From NCBI GenBank assembly GCA_039586755.1, contig JBDHJU010000011.1:14412-78411 (forward strand): 64,000 nucleotides of DNA. The letters run 5' to 3'. Source of the DNA: Gemmatimonadota bacterium. GTDB taxonomy: Bacteria; Gemmatimonadota; Gemmatimonadetes; Palauibacterales; KS3-K002. Both the position numbers and the translations under genes were made by a program. Positions 27,213-37,773 of this stretch are shown piece by piece. The notes under the pieces were generated by a model, which saw nothing but the letters and a program-made list of their open reading frames with translations, had not been told where the DNA came from and searched no databases. Position 1 is the first letter of the stretch; the number at the start of each line of letters is the position of its first letter.

Positions 27213-28040
27213 TCAGGCGAGGCCGACGAGCAATGCGGCCAAGACCAGGACGTTGCTCGCAACCAGCGACCAGCCCAAGCGCCGCAGGTTGCGTGGATGA
27301 ACGCCCAGCAGGCCGAAGACGAGTGCGGCCAACGCCGTTGGCACGATGGCCACGGCGGCGAGAACCGGGACGTCACTGCCAAGGGCGAGGGCGATGGCTA
27401 GGGCGATGGCAACGGCGCAGAGCAGGGGGGCCAGGTGAACGGCTCGGCTCGGGTCCGCCGTCTTCTTTGCCCGTGCGATGATGGCCCGCACCGTTATTGT
27501 GCCGAGTTGGAAGACGACCGCCCAGACGACGAAGGCGACTACGGTCTCGCGAACGCCGGCGCCTCCGGCGAGCGCCACCGGGATCATGGTGCTCGAAAGG
27601 GTGACCGAAACGAGCAACTCGCCGATAAGTGTTTTTTCCTGACGCTTGAGGGTCAGGGGAGCGAGCAGCGTGCCCAGTGCTAGAGGGACGACGGCTGAGT
27701 AGCGCGCGGTCGGTGTCGCCAACCACAGCCCTGCGGCCCCGGCAATCGCAGCGACGGCCAACACCATGGCGCTGAGCCTGCGTGCCCGATCACCCTGCTC
27801 GCGCTTCGCACGACCCCCGCGTCCGCCACTCAAGACCATGACCGGCTCGTGGACCAAGAAGACGGCGATGATGCCGACGACTAGCAGTAGAGGAGCGAAG
27901 CCCGGGTCGCCGAGCGCCAGCGCCGTCACCAGCGGGAAGCCCAGCTGGGCATAGGCGCCGTGTTCCCGCGGCAGAAGCGACGGCCCGTGGCCGGCACGCC
28001 CTTCCGTCACCGGTTCAGCCCCCGCCTCTCGTAGTAACAC
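27213..28040 (-). CDS. YwiC-like polytopic membrane protein
   Basis: [23 protein letters not shown] is followed by about 8 hydrophobic helices; the family is recalled from the PxEHGAW N-terminal pattern. The start is uncertain because the listed start overlaps msrA by 34 nt. Confidence 0.45.
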   Translation of the reverse strand: MLLREAGAEPVTEGRAGHGPSLLPREHGAYAQLGFPLVTALALGDPGFAPLLLVVGIIAVFLVHEPVMVLSGGRGGRAKREQGDRARRLSAMVLAVAAIAGAAGLWLATPTARYSAVVPLALGTLLAPLTLKRQEKTLIGELLVSVTLSSTMIPVALAGGAGVRETVVAFVVWAVVFQLGTITVRAIIARAKKTADPSRAVHLAPLLCAVAIALAIALALGSDVPVLAAVAIVPTALAALVFGLLGVHPRNLRRLGWSLVASNVLVLAALLVGLA

Positions 28041-28468
28041 TGGTGGTAGTCCTCGGCCGGGTAGAATTCGGCCGACGGCACGATCTCCGTCACGATCGAA
28101 TGGCTGAAGTGACCGCTCGCCTCGAGCCTTTCCTTTGAGGCGAGTGCCGCCGCCTCCTGCTCAGGCGAGTGGAAGAAAACAGCCGAGCGGTACTGCGACC
28201 CCACATCGGGACCCTGCCGGTTCGGCGTGGTCGGGTCGTGGATGTTCCAAAAGATCTCGAGCAGTTGCTCATAGGAGATCCTCGACGGGTCGTACTCGAC
28301 TTCAACCGCCTCCGCGTGCCCCGTCGTGCCCGAGCACACGTCGTCATAGCTGGGGTCCTCGGCGTGTCCTCCGGTGTACCCCACGAGTGTCGATTCAACT
28401 CCTTCGACCTTGCGAAAGGCGGCCTCGATTCCCCAGAAGCAGCCTGCAGCGAACGTGGCCTTCTCCAT
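28007..28468 (-). CDS. msrA: Peptide-methionine (S)-S-oxide reductase
   Basis: [35 protein letters not shown]...[23 protein letters not shown]...[16 protein letters not shown]. Confidence 0.93.
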   Translation of the reverse strand: MEKATFAAGCFWGIEAAFRKVEGVESTLVGYTGGHAEDPSYDDVCSGTTGHAEAVEVEYDPSRISYEQLLEIFWNIHDPTTPNRQGPDVGSQYRSAVFFHSPEQEAAALASKERLEASGHFSHSIVTEIVPSAEFYPAEDYHQCYYERRGLNR

Positions 28469-28741
28469 CGCGTTACCGCTCTCCTTGTTCGTCCCGTGAC
28501 CATCAGCGCGCCGCGCTGTCTAGGAAACCGCTCCAGGCCGTCCTGAGTTCGCGCCAAATAAAGTGGGCACTCGATTGGGCGCAAGCTGAGGGCGGATCCC
28601 GGGTGGCAGCCGGAGGATGATTGGACCCGGGGCCGTTGGCTGGATTCCGTAAGCTTAACGGGGGATCGTGCTAGACTTACGCAGGTCGGCTTAGCCATCC
28701 TATCCGACTGTAATTGCCATCCAACCAGCGGGCGGGAGGGA

Positions 28742-29530
28742 ATGAAACTCTGGAGCGAGCTGCGTAAGCGCCATGTTTTTGGGTTCTTAGGCGCCTAGAT
28801 CGCGGCCGGATTTCTCGTACTCGAGGGCGTTGACCAGGCGGTAGGGAACGGGCTCCTACCGGTGCTGGCGCACAAGCTCGTTCTGGTCTTCTACCTGTTT
28901 GGTTCCACGGCGAGAGGGGGACGCAGAAGCCGACCGCAGTGGAGATCTGGCTGCAAGCGCTTCTCCTGGTGGCGGGTTCGGGCTCTGGAAGTGGTCTCGA
29001 GGAACGGCGTGCGGCCCTTCCGTGGGAGCATGTTATCGGAGGACAGCATCGCCCGGGCTCTGGAGGTGGGTAGCCTGATCGCCGGGAGCGTTGAGGAAGT
29101 CAGGGATCGGATTCGTGTGACCACCCGTTTGGTGGATGGCGTCAGCGGCGCGGACTTCCAGCGCGAGGACTTCGAGCTGCCGGCGGGTGCAGAGCTCGAG
29201 TTGAGCGACTCGCTGGCGCAGGAGGTGTCGCGGTTCCTGCGCGAGCGCCTGGGCGAGGAGGTACGGGTTCGCGAGCGACGGTTGGCGACCTCCAGCACCG
29301 ACGCGTGGTCGTTGGTGGAGCGGGCCGAACGACTTCGTAAGGATGCGCTCGAGCTGGCAAACGACGATCCGGCCGCGGCGTTCGAAGCGCTGCAGAGGGC
29401 AGATTCCATTGCGCGAGCAGCGGAAGCTGCGGATCCCGATTGGGTTGATCCGGTCGTCTTGCGCGCTCGGATCTCTTATGAAAGAGCGCGCCCCGGAGCA
29501 GTAGCTCCGGGAGCCTTCTCATTTGTGTGA
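28742..29530 (+). pseudogene. Remnant of a membrane-anchored TolB-like/TPR-type regulator gene, interrupted by an in-frame TAG
   Basis: ATG at 28742 gives MKLWSELRKRHVFGFLGA, then TAG (28796-28798). The same frame continues IAAGFLVLEGVDQAVGNGLLPVLAHKLVLVFYLFG and runs into the listed ORF 28862-29530. The N-terminus resembles the ELRRRNVFRVAAAYLVVAW anchor of that protein class, with the stop where Tyr is expected. The sequence downstream is short and Arg-rich. Confidence 0.45.
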
Positions 29531-29545
29531 ACTGGCGCCCGCGCT

Positions 29546-30172
29546 TCAGCTACCGAGCGTCATTATGTAAGCGGCTGAGAAGTACCAGGTGCGGGTCTTG
29601 ATCGATTCGATCGCGTCGGTCCTCTCGCTGATGTCGGTGAGACCGTAGTTGTACCATATATCGCCGGTCAGCATGCCGGGACCGAAGTCGAAGCCCAGGC
29701 CGGCGCCGAAGATGATGCCCGAGTCGGCGCCCTTGGTGCGCGGCGCTCCTTCCCTTGCATCCTCGCAGTTCTGCTTTTCTCCCTCGAACGTCACTTCGCA
29801 GCCGGACTCGAGGCCCAGCACGGGGCCGGAGAAGAGTCGCGGCGACAGGGGTAGCCCGAGCTTGACCACCGCCAGGACGGGGATCTCGATGTACGTCAAG
29901 TCGAGGGCTACACTGCCGGCGCCTTCCGAGAAGCCCTTCTTGGAATACCAGACCTCGGTCTGCAGTGCGAACCAGTTGGAGATGTCCACCGACCCGATCA
30001 AACCCAAGTGGTAGCCGGTCTGGGAGCCGGTTTCCCCGTTGAAGGTGGTTCCCTTGGTCTCGGCGTCGGCAACATTGACACCGCCCCTCAGGCCGAAGTG
30101 CAGCCGCTGGGCCTGGGCCGGTGCGGCGAACCAGAGAGACGCCGCGAGTATGGCAAGTGTGAGTCGCTTCAT
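29546..30172 (-). CDS. Small outer-membrane beta-barrel protein (OmpA-like barrel / porin family)
   Basis: The internal start at 30172 gives MKRLTLAILAASLWFAAPAQAQ as a signal peptide. Alternating hydrophobic strands follow, e.g. YHLGLIGSVDISNWFALQTEVWYSKKGF and SGIIFGAGLGFDFGP. Confidence 0.7.
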   Translation of the reverse strand: MKRLTLAILAASLWFAAPAQAQRLHFGLRGGVNVADAETKGTTFNGETGSQTGYHLGLIGSVDISNWFALQTEVWYSKKGFSEGAGSVALDLTYIEIPVLAVVKLGLPLSPRLFSGPVLGLESGCEVTFEGEKQNCEDAREGAPRTKGADSGIIFGAGLGFDFGPGMLTGDIWYNYGLTDISERTDAIESIKTRTWYFSAAYIMTLGS

Positions 30173-30453
30173 CGGAATCGCTGCTCCTATCCGTATGGTC
30201 ACCTCGGCCGGATGTATATCGTCCTGGTATCGAGGCGGTGGTCTTAATAAGGGGCGCGCAGGTGGAGCGCAAGCGCTTCTCCCGCCAGCCTTAACACCTG
30301 ACATGACTGCATCGCTGGAGCGTGGGCCATCCCCACAATCCTTACGAGGCCGGGGGTGAGGAGTTTCGGGTCCCGAACGGCAAGAAAAGGGGCCCTGCCG
30401 GCGTGCGCCCGGCAGGGCCCTCGGTGGAGCCGGCAGGTCGGATCGCTGCAGTG

Positions 30454-32145
30454 CTAGACCTCCCAGCCGCCGACCAGGCGCCGCAGGTCCTCGGCGGCGG
30501 CGACGAGCTGGGTCACCGATGCGCTGATCTGCTGAGTCGTCGCCGACTGTTCCTGCACCGCGGCGCTCACGTCCTGGCTGCGAGAGGCGTGCGCCGTCGC
30601 CGTGGCCGTAACCGACTCGACGTGCCCGGCCACCTGCTCGAGCAAAGTCCTGCTGCGCTCCACGGTGGCCAGCGCCTGATCGGAAGCCTGAGCGACCTTC
30701 GCCAGGCCGGCGGCGATTGCGTCGAGGGCATCCTCAGCGCCACGCGCCACGCCCTCGACCTGGACGACCTGGCCTTCGCCCTGCTCCATCTTGAGGACCG
30801 CGGCGCCAACCCGCTCGCGTAGCTTGGCGACGACCTCCTCCACCTCGGTCGCCGCCCCATCGGCCTCCGCGGCCAGCTTGCCGACCTCGTCGGCGACGAC
30901 GGCGAAGCCACGCCCCTCGTGACCGGCGTGTGCGGCCTCGATGGCCGCGTTCAGCGAGAGTAGATGCGTCTGTTCGGCGATCGAGGCGATCCGCCTGACG
31001 AAGCCGGTGATACGGTCGGTGGCGTCCTGCAGCCCCTCGAATTCCAGGGCCGAGTCGTGCACGTACCCTTTGAGGCTCAGCAGAAGGGAGACAGCCTGGC
31101 GAACCGAGTCTTGGCTCTGACCGGTTTGCTCCTGGATCGAGTGACTCAGTTGGCGGTTGCGGTTGGCTTCCGATTCGATCTTAAGCGCTCCGTCCCGTAG
31201 CTCGACCACCGCGGCGGCAGTCTCGCTTAACGAGTCGGCCTGTCTGTCGGCCCCTTCCGATATCTCGCCCATCGCCAGCGCGACCTCATGGGTCGAGGAG
31301 GCGACTTGCTCCGAGATCGATGAAAAGTCGGCTGCCGAAGACGAGATCTGGGAAGCGGTCGAGACCACCTGCCCGGCGACATCGGTCATGCTCGAGGCCA
31401 TCGCGTTGAACGAGAAGCCGAGATCTGCGAATTCCTTTGGCATGCCAGATGTCCCGACCCGGGTACGCAGCTGGCCTTCCCCGAACCGCCTGGCCGCGCC
31501 GACCAGCTCGGCGAGCGGGCGATCGAGGGAGCGGACGGCCAAGTAGGCCAGGCCTCCGCCGATCAGGAGGGCGATGAGCAGGATGCCGAATACGTACCTC
31601 GAACGCTCCAGGGCGCGTTGTTGGAAGGCGGCGGTGGAGTTTGCCAGAACCAGCGACTGTCGCTCGCCGAGCGCCGAAATCAAACCCGCTACCTGTCGTG
31701 CCAGAGGCTGCAGCTCGTCGGCCAGCTGCCGTGCCTGCGTGCGCCGGCCGATGTCGTACAGCGCGTGAGCACGCGCGAACTCGACTTCGAGGGTGGTGAG
31801 TGCCGCGGTCAGTTGCTCGACGAGCAGGACGTCTTCCGCCGAGAGGCCCTCCAAGTCCCGGTAGCGGTTGGCCACATCCTGAGTGCGGCCGGCGAGCTGG
31901 GTAAATTGTCCCTTCTGGTCACGATCGCCGGTGGCCAGATACCCTTCGGCGGCGAAGATCAGATCGAGAACGTCGGCCTGAAGACCGCTACCCCACTCGG
32001 CGACGCGTGTCACCTGATCTATCCCGGCATCGTACTCGTCGGCCAGCCCGTTGAGCGAGCTAATGCCGATCAGCCCACTGGCCAGCAAGCCGATGAGCAG
32101 GGCGAGGAAGGCGCCGGCCTGTCGAGCTTTAATAGTCTGAATCAC
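30454..32145 (-). CDS. Methyl-accepting chemotaxis protein (two TM helices, periplasmic helical domain, HAMP, MA domain)
   Basis: The highly conserved signalling hairpin [40 protein letters not shown] is present. TM helices are [16 protein letters not shown] and [23 protein letters not shown] start in a GTGA overlap with the upstream binding-protein gene. Confidence 0.9.
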   Translation of the reverse strand: MIQTIKARQAGAFLALLIGLLASGLIGISSLNGLADEYDAGIDQVTRVAEWGSGLQADVLDLIFAAEGYLATGDRDQKGQFTQLAGRTQDVANRYRDLEGLSAEDVLLVEQLTAALTTLEVEFARAHALYDIGRRTQARQLADELQPLARQVAGLISALGERQSLVLANSTAAFQQRALERSRYVFGILLIALLIGGGLAYLAVRSLDRPLAELVGAARRFGEGQLRTRVGTSGMPKEFADLGFSFNAMASSMTDVAGQVVSTASQISSSAADFSSISEQVASSTHEVALAMGEISEGADRQADSLSETAAAVVELRDGALKIESEANRNRQLSHSIQEQTGQSQDSVRQAVSLLLSLKGYVHDSALEFEGLQDATDRITGFVRRIASIAEQTHLLSLNAAIEAAHAGHEGRGFAVVADEVGKLAAEADGAATEVEEVVAKLRERVGAAVLKMEQGEGQVVQVEGVARGAEDALDAIAAGLAKVAQASDQALATVERSRTLLEQVAGHVESVTATATAHASRSQDVSAAVQEQSATTQQISASVTQLVAAAEDLRRLVGGWEV

Positions 32146-33281
32146 GAGCCACCCTCTACGCTCACGAATTCGATTGCATCTCCGGAAACACGTCCTACCG
32201 CGAAGCTCTTGCCGATCGGATCGCCATTTTCGTCAAAAGCGATACGCCCGCTCACGCCGGCAAAGGCCTCGCGTTCAGCACCGACCTGCTCGAGGTGTGC
32301 GCGAATGCTCGTTCGGTCGAAGCCGGCCTCGCTGACCGCCCGTGCCAGCAGCATCAAGGCGTCATAGCCCAGGGCCGCGAAGTGATCGGGCGGATCCCCG
32401 TGCCGGGCCGTGTAGGCGTCGACGAACTCGCGGCCGCCGCCACCCGGAGCGTTGGGGTGGTAGAGCAAGCCGATGTAGGTCCCCTCGAAGGCCGCTCCCT
32501 GGCCCGCGAGGCCCAGGATCCCGTCTCCACCCACGAACGGTGCGTCGATTCCCATCTCGCGCGCCTGGCGGATCACGGGTGCGGCGCCGACGTCGGTGCT
32601 GCCGATGAATATCAGGTCCGGTCGTGCAGCGCGGACTCCCATCAGATAGGCTTCGAAGTCCGTAGTGCTCCCCTCGATAAATGGGTACTCCTCAACCAGG
32701 ACACCGCCGCCGGCCGCGTAGGTCCTGCCGAACGCATCTCTGAGACCGCGGCCGTACGGGTCGTTGGCGTAGATGATCGCCGCCTGCGTGCCCAACTCGC
32801 GCAGCGCGAACTCGGCCAAACCGGCGGCGTTGACCACGTCGCTCGAGCAAACGCGGAAGATCCACTCGCCGGCATCGCTGATCTCAGGGCTCGTGGCGGC
32901 GGGCGATACGGTGGGAAGGCCGCGGTTGTAGATCGGAGCCGCGGCGAGCGTGGCGCCCGAATTGACGTGCCCGACCACCGCTAGCACCGTGGCGTCATTG
33001 TATAGCCGGTCAGCCACCGTCACCGCCTGGCGCGTGCTGGCGCTGTCGGTCAGTGCTACGAGCTCGACCGTTCGCCCTTCGATTCCGCCCGCCAGGTTGA
33101 GCTGGTCTCGGGCCAACTCGGCGCCGCGGAGCGTGTGTGAACCGATGAACTGCTCGAGAGGCGCCGCGACGCCGAAACGCACGGTGTCGGCGGGGCCTTC
33201 TCCGCCGCAGGCGGTGGCGGCGAGGCTGAGGGTTGCCAGCCCTAGGAGCGACGCGCGTATCCGCGAGTATCGCATGAGCAT
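32142..33281 (-). CDS. Periplasmic solute-binding lipoprotein, Leu/Ile/Val-binding (type I PBP, LivK-like) family
   Basis: Lipobox [54 protein letters not shown]...VGHVNSG is the typical Peripla_BP_6 pattern. Confidence 0.75.
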   Translation of the reverse strand: MLMRYSRIRASLLGLATLSLAATACGGEGPADTVRFGVAAPLEQFIGSHTLRGAELARDQLNLAGGIEGRTVELVALTDSASTRQAVTVADRLYNDATVLAVVGHVNSGATLAAAPIYNRGLPTVSPAATSPEISDAGEWIFRVCSSDVVNAAGLAEFALRELGTQAAIIYANDPYGRGLRDAFGRTYAAGGGVLVEEYPFIEGSTTDFEAYLMGVRAARPDLIFIGSTDVGAAPVIRQAREMGIDAPFVGGDGILGLAGQGAAFEGTYIGLLYHPNAPGGGGREFVDAYTARHGDPPDHFAALGYDALMLLARAVSEAGFDRTSIRAHLEQVGAEREAFAGVSGRIAFDENGDPIGKSFAVGRVSGDAIEFVSVEGGS

Positions 33282-33486
33282 GGTCGGAATGGGGTATGGG
33301 GAAGCGGGTGGGGGAGACGGGGTAAACTACAATAATCGAATGGGTTACGTGCCGTCAAGGACGCGGCTTGCTGTCGCACTCCGGCGCTGAGAGAGTCCCC
33401 GACACATCGGAGGTGCTCGTCTCGTACGGAAGGGCGGGGCTCCCGGCCCTGCGGGCACAACTCCGAAGATCCGACAAGGAGGCAAA

Positions 33487-33663
33487 ATGGGCGGTATCGG
33501 CGGCCTTTTCGGCCTTATCGTGCTGATCGCCGATATCTGGGCTCTCCTCAACATCTGGGAGTCCGGTGAGTCCACGGGCAGCAAGCTTCTGTGGACCGTG
33601 GCGGTTCTCGTATTCCCGGTTGCCGGGTTCATCGCCTGGCTCCTCTTTGGACCGAAAAAGTAG
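33487..33663 (+). CDS. Small two-helix membrane protein, PLD-nuclease-N-terminal (PLDc_N) type
   Basis: 58 aa, so below the ORF-track cutoff: MGGIGGLFGLIVLIADIWALLNIWESGESTGSKLLWTVAVLVFPVAGFIAWLLFGPKK. AAGGAGG lies 6 nt upstream of the ATG. The pattern ...W.....KLLW...VL.FP..G...Y...G matches the family as I recall it. Confidence 0.6.
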   Translation: MGGIGGLFGLIVLIADIWALLNIWESGESTGSKLLWTVAVLVFPVAGFIAWLLFGPKK

Positions 33664-33704
33664 CGGGGCTCAGCCGGCGCCGTTCGTTGGGTTGGCCGGC
33701 GGGC

Positions 33705-35156
33705 TCAACTTTCCGCCGGTCCGACCCGCTGAGCGGAAGTGAACTCGGCGACGGCGGCCTCAGGGGTCTTTACGATCAGGAAGTAGGCGAACAGCAAGCT
33801 GGGCCACAGGTGGAGTGCTAGTCGGTGCCTCGACGTGCCCATGTGCCAGGCGAGATCGTACGGCGTCACGACGTATACAAACAGATAGGCCGCGAGGACC
33901 AGGCTCAGCGTGACCAGCATGGTGACCACACTCTCTCGCTCTATACTCTTTCTTCGCCAGCCAACGGCCAGCAGGTAGAGCGCCAGCACGAGCGGCGCCG
34001 CCACCAGCCAGCCGCTGAGGTTCAGAAAGCGCTCTCCGAACGACACGAGCACGAACCAGATTCGGCCGGGATCCGTCAACCGTTCGATGATGTCGGCGAG
34101 GCGCAGTGAAGCGAGTAAATCGTTGGGGGGCGCGACCGTCCACCTGAACACCACGATCAGAGTCAGCAACGGGGCCAGCCCCAGTAACAAGGTGCCCTGA
34201 CTGCGAAGGGCCCGGCCCCAACCTCGCAGGTGTGCGACGACCAGCAGTCGGCCAACCAGCAGAGCGAGTACGAAGATCAGACCCTCATTCTTTGTCCAGG
34301 CGGCAAGGCCCGCGGTCAGTCCTGCCAGGGCGATGAACCCTCCGCCTCCGTCCTCGACCGTGTCGGCGAGGGCCAGCACAACGAAGGTCGCCAGTATGAA
34401 GAATGCCAAAGGGACGTCGGCGTACTGATTCGCCGCCTGGTAGACCAGCGTGTTACAAGAGAGCACTAAGATGCCGGCCAGCAGGCCCTGGCCAGAGCTC
34501 CGCAACGAGGTGAGGGCCCCCAGCAGCAGGAAGGCCGTGGCGAGGGCGAAGAGCAGGCCCAGCAGAATCGGCACGATCTGCGGCTCGGACCCGATGAAGC
34601 TCCAGGCGCGTGCGGTTGCCCCCGGTACCAGTAGAGGATAGTCGGCGTGGGTCCAGGTCCCCAGCAGATTGGAAAAGGCATCCCTCCAATGGTCAGCTCC
34701 ACGGAACAGGAATCGGGCACGCAGGTTCCAGATGCTTGCGGCGTCCCAGCCACCGTGTGGGTAGGTTGCCGAACGGTAACCGAAGCTGAGGGCTGCTGCG
34801 ATGAGCGAGACGGCGAACCCCGGAACCAGCAACCAGGAGACGAACGGTGACGCGCTCGGGCGATCGACGGGCCTGCGGCTAGCGGTCAGCGCTCCGCTCC
34901 GCGCCCGGCGCAGGGCGAAGCCGATCAGCAGCGCCAGGCCCGCGACCTCCATCACGAAATACACTTTCGCGGAGCCGAGTCCGACCAGCCCGACAAAGAA
35001 ACCCGCTGAAGACAGACCCAGCCCCAGACCGACCCCCAGCGCCAGCATTGTTGGCATTTCTGTCATCGACACACGCGCCCGCGGCCAGAACGCGAAGAGA
35101 AACAGAGCGCCTCCGATGACGGAGAGGATAATTGCGAGGAGCAGCTCCGAAGTCAT
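33705..35156 (-). CDS. Polytopic membrane protein, candidate GT-C (ArnT/PMT, GT39-like) glycosyltransferase
   Basis: 483 aa with at least 10 predicted helices and overall topology resembling ArnT-type enzymes. No catalytic motif was verified by eye. Confidence 0.4.
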   Translation of the reverse strand: MTSELLLAIILSVIGGALFLFAFWPRARVSMTEMPTMLALGVGLGLGLSSAGFFVGLVGLGSAKVYFVMEVAGLALLIGFALRRARSGALTASRRPVDRPSASPFVSWLLVPGFAVSLIAAALSFGYRSATYPHGGWDAASIWNLRARFLFRGADHWRDAFSNLLGTWTHADYPLLVPGATARAWSFIGSEPQIVPILLGLLFALATAFLLLGALTSLRSSGQGLLAGILVLSCNTLVYQAANQYADVPLAFFILATFVVLALADTVEDGGGGFIALAGLTAGLAAWTKNEGLIFVLALLVGRLLVVAHLRGWGRALRSQGTLLLGLAPLLTLIVVFRWTVAPPNDLLASLRLADIIERLTDPGRIWFVLVSFGERFLNLSGWLVAAPLVLALYLLAVGWRRKSIERESVVTMLVTLSLVLAAYLFVYVVTPYDLAWHMGTSRHRLALHLWPSLLFAYFLIVKTPEAAVAEFTSAQRVGPAES

Positions 35157-35713
35157 CGCTCCTCTCGTTCGAGCACTAGGAGACCGTCACCCAGATCGCG
35201 CCGCACGATCAGTCCCTCGGGGTACTTCCTGTCGAAACCCGGCTCACCGGTCGAGTCGGCGGGGTAGTTGCCGACTACGATCGGGAGATCGGTGTCTCTG
35301 AGGACGATGAGCGGCGCCAGCGAGTACTGGGTGAGGAAATAGTCCCGCATCGCCTCCGCGCTGGTGAACGAGCCGCCGCTCAAGCCGTCGCTGGCGTAGC
35401 CCACGATTCCGCGTGGCGGCAGATGCTCCCGCAATCGCCGCAACCGCTCGTCTTGCTCGCCTGTCCGCTGATCGCCGGCCGGGGCCGCGAACCGCGAGTC
35501 GCGATGTAGCTCGACGGTTTGGTGGAGCGCTTCCACGCTTCCGGCCAGCGCCAGGAAGACGGTAGTTGCCAAGGCGGCTCGGGCCAGCAGAGGTCGGTGG
35601 GTTCGCATACCCGCCAAGATACCGGTCATGCCTCGTTTCAGCCACGAAAGGGGGCGCGCCATGGAACCCGGAACCGGGGCGCGGGCGTTGACTTCGGGCA
35701 GGCCAGGCTGCAT
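35153..35713 (-). CDS. Hypothetical membrane-anchored or secreted protein coupled to the GT-C-like gene
   Basis: 4-nt overlap with the downstream gene. The hydrophobic anchor LLARAALATTVFLALAG suggests the real start is Met36 at 35608. I recognise no family. Confidence 0.35.
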   Translation of the reverse strand: MQPGLPEVNARAPVPGSMARPLSWLKRGMTGILAGMRTHRPLLARAALATTVFLALAGSVEALHQTVELHRDSRFAAPAGDQRTGEQDERLRRLREHLPPRGIVGYASDGLSGGSFTSAEAMRDYFLTQYSLAPLIVLRDTDLPIVVGNYPADSTGEPGFDRKYPEGLIVRRDLGDGLLVLEREER

Positions 35714-35750
35714 GCTCAGCCAGTTGTGGCCAATTCGCGGAGGGATTCCA

Positions 35751-36758
35751 ATGCTAGCTCGGAGTTTGCCATGGAAGCGGCGCGCCGTTCAGCCGGCGCG
35801 GAGGTTGGCTCGGTGGCGCTGCCTCGGCCTGCTTGCGGTCCTCCCCGTCCTCGTCAGCGTCCCGCAGGACGGCTTCGGCCAGTACGAGAATATCGTCCTG
35901 CCCGTCGACACGATCGAGTACCTGTTCCGCTACGAGGAGTTCCGGATAGCGCAAATGAGGGACACGCGCTTCGAGGGGGACAGGACGCAGGTCGTCGTGC
36001 TGGCGTTTCCCGGCTACATGCCGCTACGCATCAAATGGGCGGCGGCTCCCAGGGGCGCCGACTCGTTCAACAACAAGCCCCGTTTCGAGATAGGGGTCTA
36101 CGAGCTGCAGAAGCTGTTCTTGGATGAGGAGGACTACGTTGTTCCTCCGACCGTGCTCCGCAGCATGACGTTGGATGAGTATCCTCGGTCGGATGCCGTG
36201 ATCACGACCTTCCGAGGCATCGATGCTGTGCTTGTTCTCATGCAGTACTGGCTGAGCCAGGTCACCGACGAAGACGTCTACGACGAGGACAGAATCGAGG
36301 ACGATTCGCTGTACGCCCGGCACCTGGCCGACATGAACATCCTGACCTATCTGGTCAGGCACGCGGACGCCAACCCGGGCAACATGCTGATCTCGACGGC
36401 CGGTAACGCCAGGGTCTTCGCCGTGGATAACGGCGTCTCGTTCGGCGACATCAGCGATCGGCCCGACGACTGGCGGAAGATGCGCACCGAGCGTCTGCCG
36501 CAGGGCACGGTGGAGAGGCTGCGGGGCATTAGCGAGGAAGATCTGCACCAGACGCTGGGCGTGTTGGCCCAGTTCGAGGTCCGAGGCGGCCGACTGGTGC
36601 AGGTCGAGCCCACCGAGAACCTGGACCCGGGGAACGGCGTGCGTCGCAAGGACGATGTCGTTCAGTTGGGGCTGACCAGACGTGAGATCGGGAGAGTCTT
36701 TGGACGCCTGGAGGATCTGCTGAAGGACATAGACGAAGGGAAGTACGATATTTTCTGA
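35751..36758 (+). CDS. Secreted atypical kinase-like protein (PI3/4-kinase-like catalytic signature), paralog 1
   Basis: ATG at 35751 lies 6 nt after GGAGGG; the ORF is open from 35628. Signal-like N-terminus RWRCLGLLAVLPVLVSV. Candidate Lys in PLRIKWAAAP, catalytic-loop-like VRHADANPGNMLI, and DFG-like VFAVDNGVSFG. 335 aa. Confidence 0.5.
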   Translation: MLARSLPWKRRAVQPARRLARWRCLGLLAVLPVLVSVPQDGFGQYENIVLPVDTIEYLFRYEEFRIAQMRDTRFEGDRTQVVVLAFPGYMPLRIKWAAAPRGADSFNNKPRFEIGVYELQKLFLDEEDYVVPPTVLRSMTLDEYPRSDAVITTFRGIDAVLVLMQYWLSQVTDEDVYDEDRIEDDSLYARHLADMNILTYLVRHADANPGNMLISTAGNARVFAVDNGVSFGDISDRPDDWRKMRTERLPQGTVERLRGISEEDLHQTLGVLAQFEVRGGRLVQVEPTENLDPGNGVRRKDDVVQLGLTRREIGRVFGRLEDLLKDIDEGKYDIF

Positions 36759-36765
36759 GCAGGGT

Positions 36766-37773
36766 ATGGAGCCCGCAGGGATCGCAGTGTTGTATCGGGT
36801 CGCACCGGGGAGGCGGCAGCTGGGCGCACGGAACGGTCTGCTGTTGTCACTTTGCGTCCTGGCTGTCCTGGGTCGTCCGCTCGACGTCTTCGGCCAGTAC
36901 GAGAACTTCATTCTGCAGGTCGACACGCTCGAGATGCTATTGCGTGACCGTGAATTTTGGATCGCGCAATTCGCCGACAACCGTATCGTTGGAGACCGGA
37001 CACAGCGCGCGGTCCTGGTGTTTGAAGATTTTCCGCCCATAAACGTCAAGTGGGCGGCGGCGCCCAGGGGCGCCGACTCGTTCAACAACCGCCCGCGCTT
37101 CGAGATGGCGGTCTACGAGCTGCAGAAGCTGTTCCTGGACGTAGAGGACTACGTCGTGCCGCCGACGGTGGTCCGTGCGATGCCGCTGGACGAGTACCCG
37201 CGGAAGAACGCCGTGCAGACGACGTTTCGCGGCATAGACGTCGTCTTGGTTCTCTTGCAGTACTGGCTGAGACAGGTCACCGACGAAGACGTCTACGACA
37301 GGGACCGCATAAGGGAAGATTCGCTGTACGCCCGGCACCTGGCCGACATGAACATCCTGACGTATCTGGTCAGGCACGCGGACGCCAACCCGGGGAACAT
37401 GCTGATCTCGACGGCCGGCAATGCCAGGGTCTTCGCGGTGGATAACGGCGTCTCGTTCGGCGACATCAGCGATCGGCCCGACGCCTGGCGGAAGATGCGC
37501 ACCGAGCGTCTGCCGCAGGGCACGGTGGAGAGGCTGCGAGGCATTAGCGAGGAAGATCTGCTCCAGGCGCTGGGCGTTTTGGCTCAGTTCGAGGTGAGAG
37601 GTGATCAACTGGTCCAGGTAGAGCCGACCGAGAACCTGGACCCGGGGAACGGTGTGCGTCGCAAGGACGATGTGGTTCAGTTGGGGCTGACGACCCGTGA
37701 GATCGGGAGAGTCTTTGGACGCCTGCAGGATCTGCTGGAGGATATAGACGAGGGGAAGTACGAAATCTTTTGA
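36766..37773 (+). CDS. Secreted atypical kinase-like protein (PI3/4-kinase-like catalytic signature), paralog 2
   Basis: 335 aa, colinear with paralog 1. The VRHADANPGNMLI and VFAVDNGVSFG motifs are identical, and the N-terminus LLLSLCVLAVLG is hydrophobic. Confidence 0.5.
   Translation: MEPAGIAVLYRVAPGRRQLGARNGLLLSLCVLAVLGRPLDVFGQYENFILQVDTLEMLLRDREFWIAQFADNRIVGDRTQRAVLVFEDFPPINVKWAAAPRGADSFNNRPRFEMAVYELQKLFLDVEDYVVPPTVVRAMPLDEYPRKNAVQTTFRGIDVVLVLLQYWLRQVTDEDVYDRDRIREDSLYARHLADMNILTYLVRHADANPGNMLISTAGNARVFAVDNGVSFGDISDRPDAWRKMRTERLPQGTVERLRGISEEDLLQALGVLAQFEVRGDQLVQVEPTENLDPGNGVRRKDDVVQLGLTTREIGRVFGRLQDLLEDIDEGKYEIF

Larger units (their letters stand above)
35751..37773 (+). repeat. Tandem gene duplication with a unit of about 1015 bp; the 3' halves are nearly identical at DNA level
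   Basis: The stretch from about 36303 (gattcgctgtacgcccggcacctggccgacatgaacatcctgac...) recurs from about 37318 with only scattered substitutions through the stop codons. The 5' halves are clearly more diverged. Confidence 0.85.
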
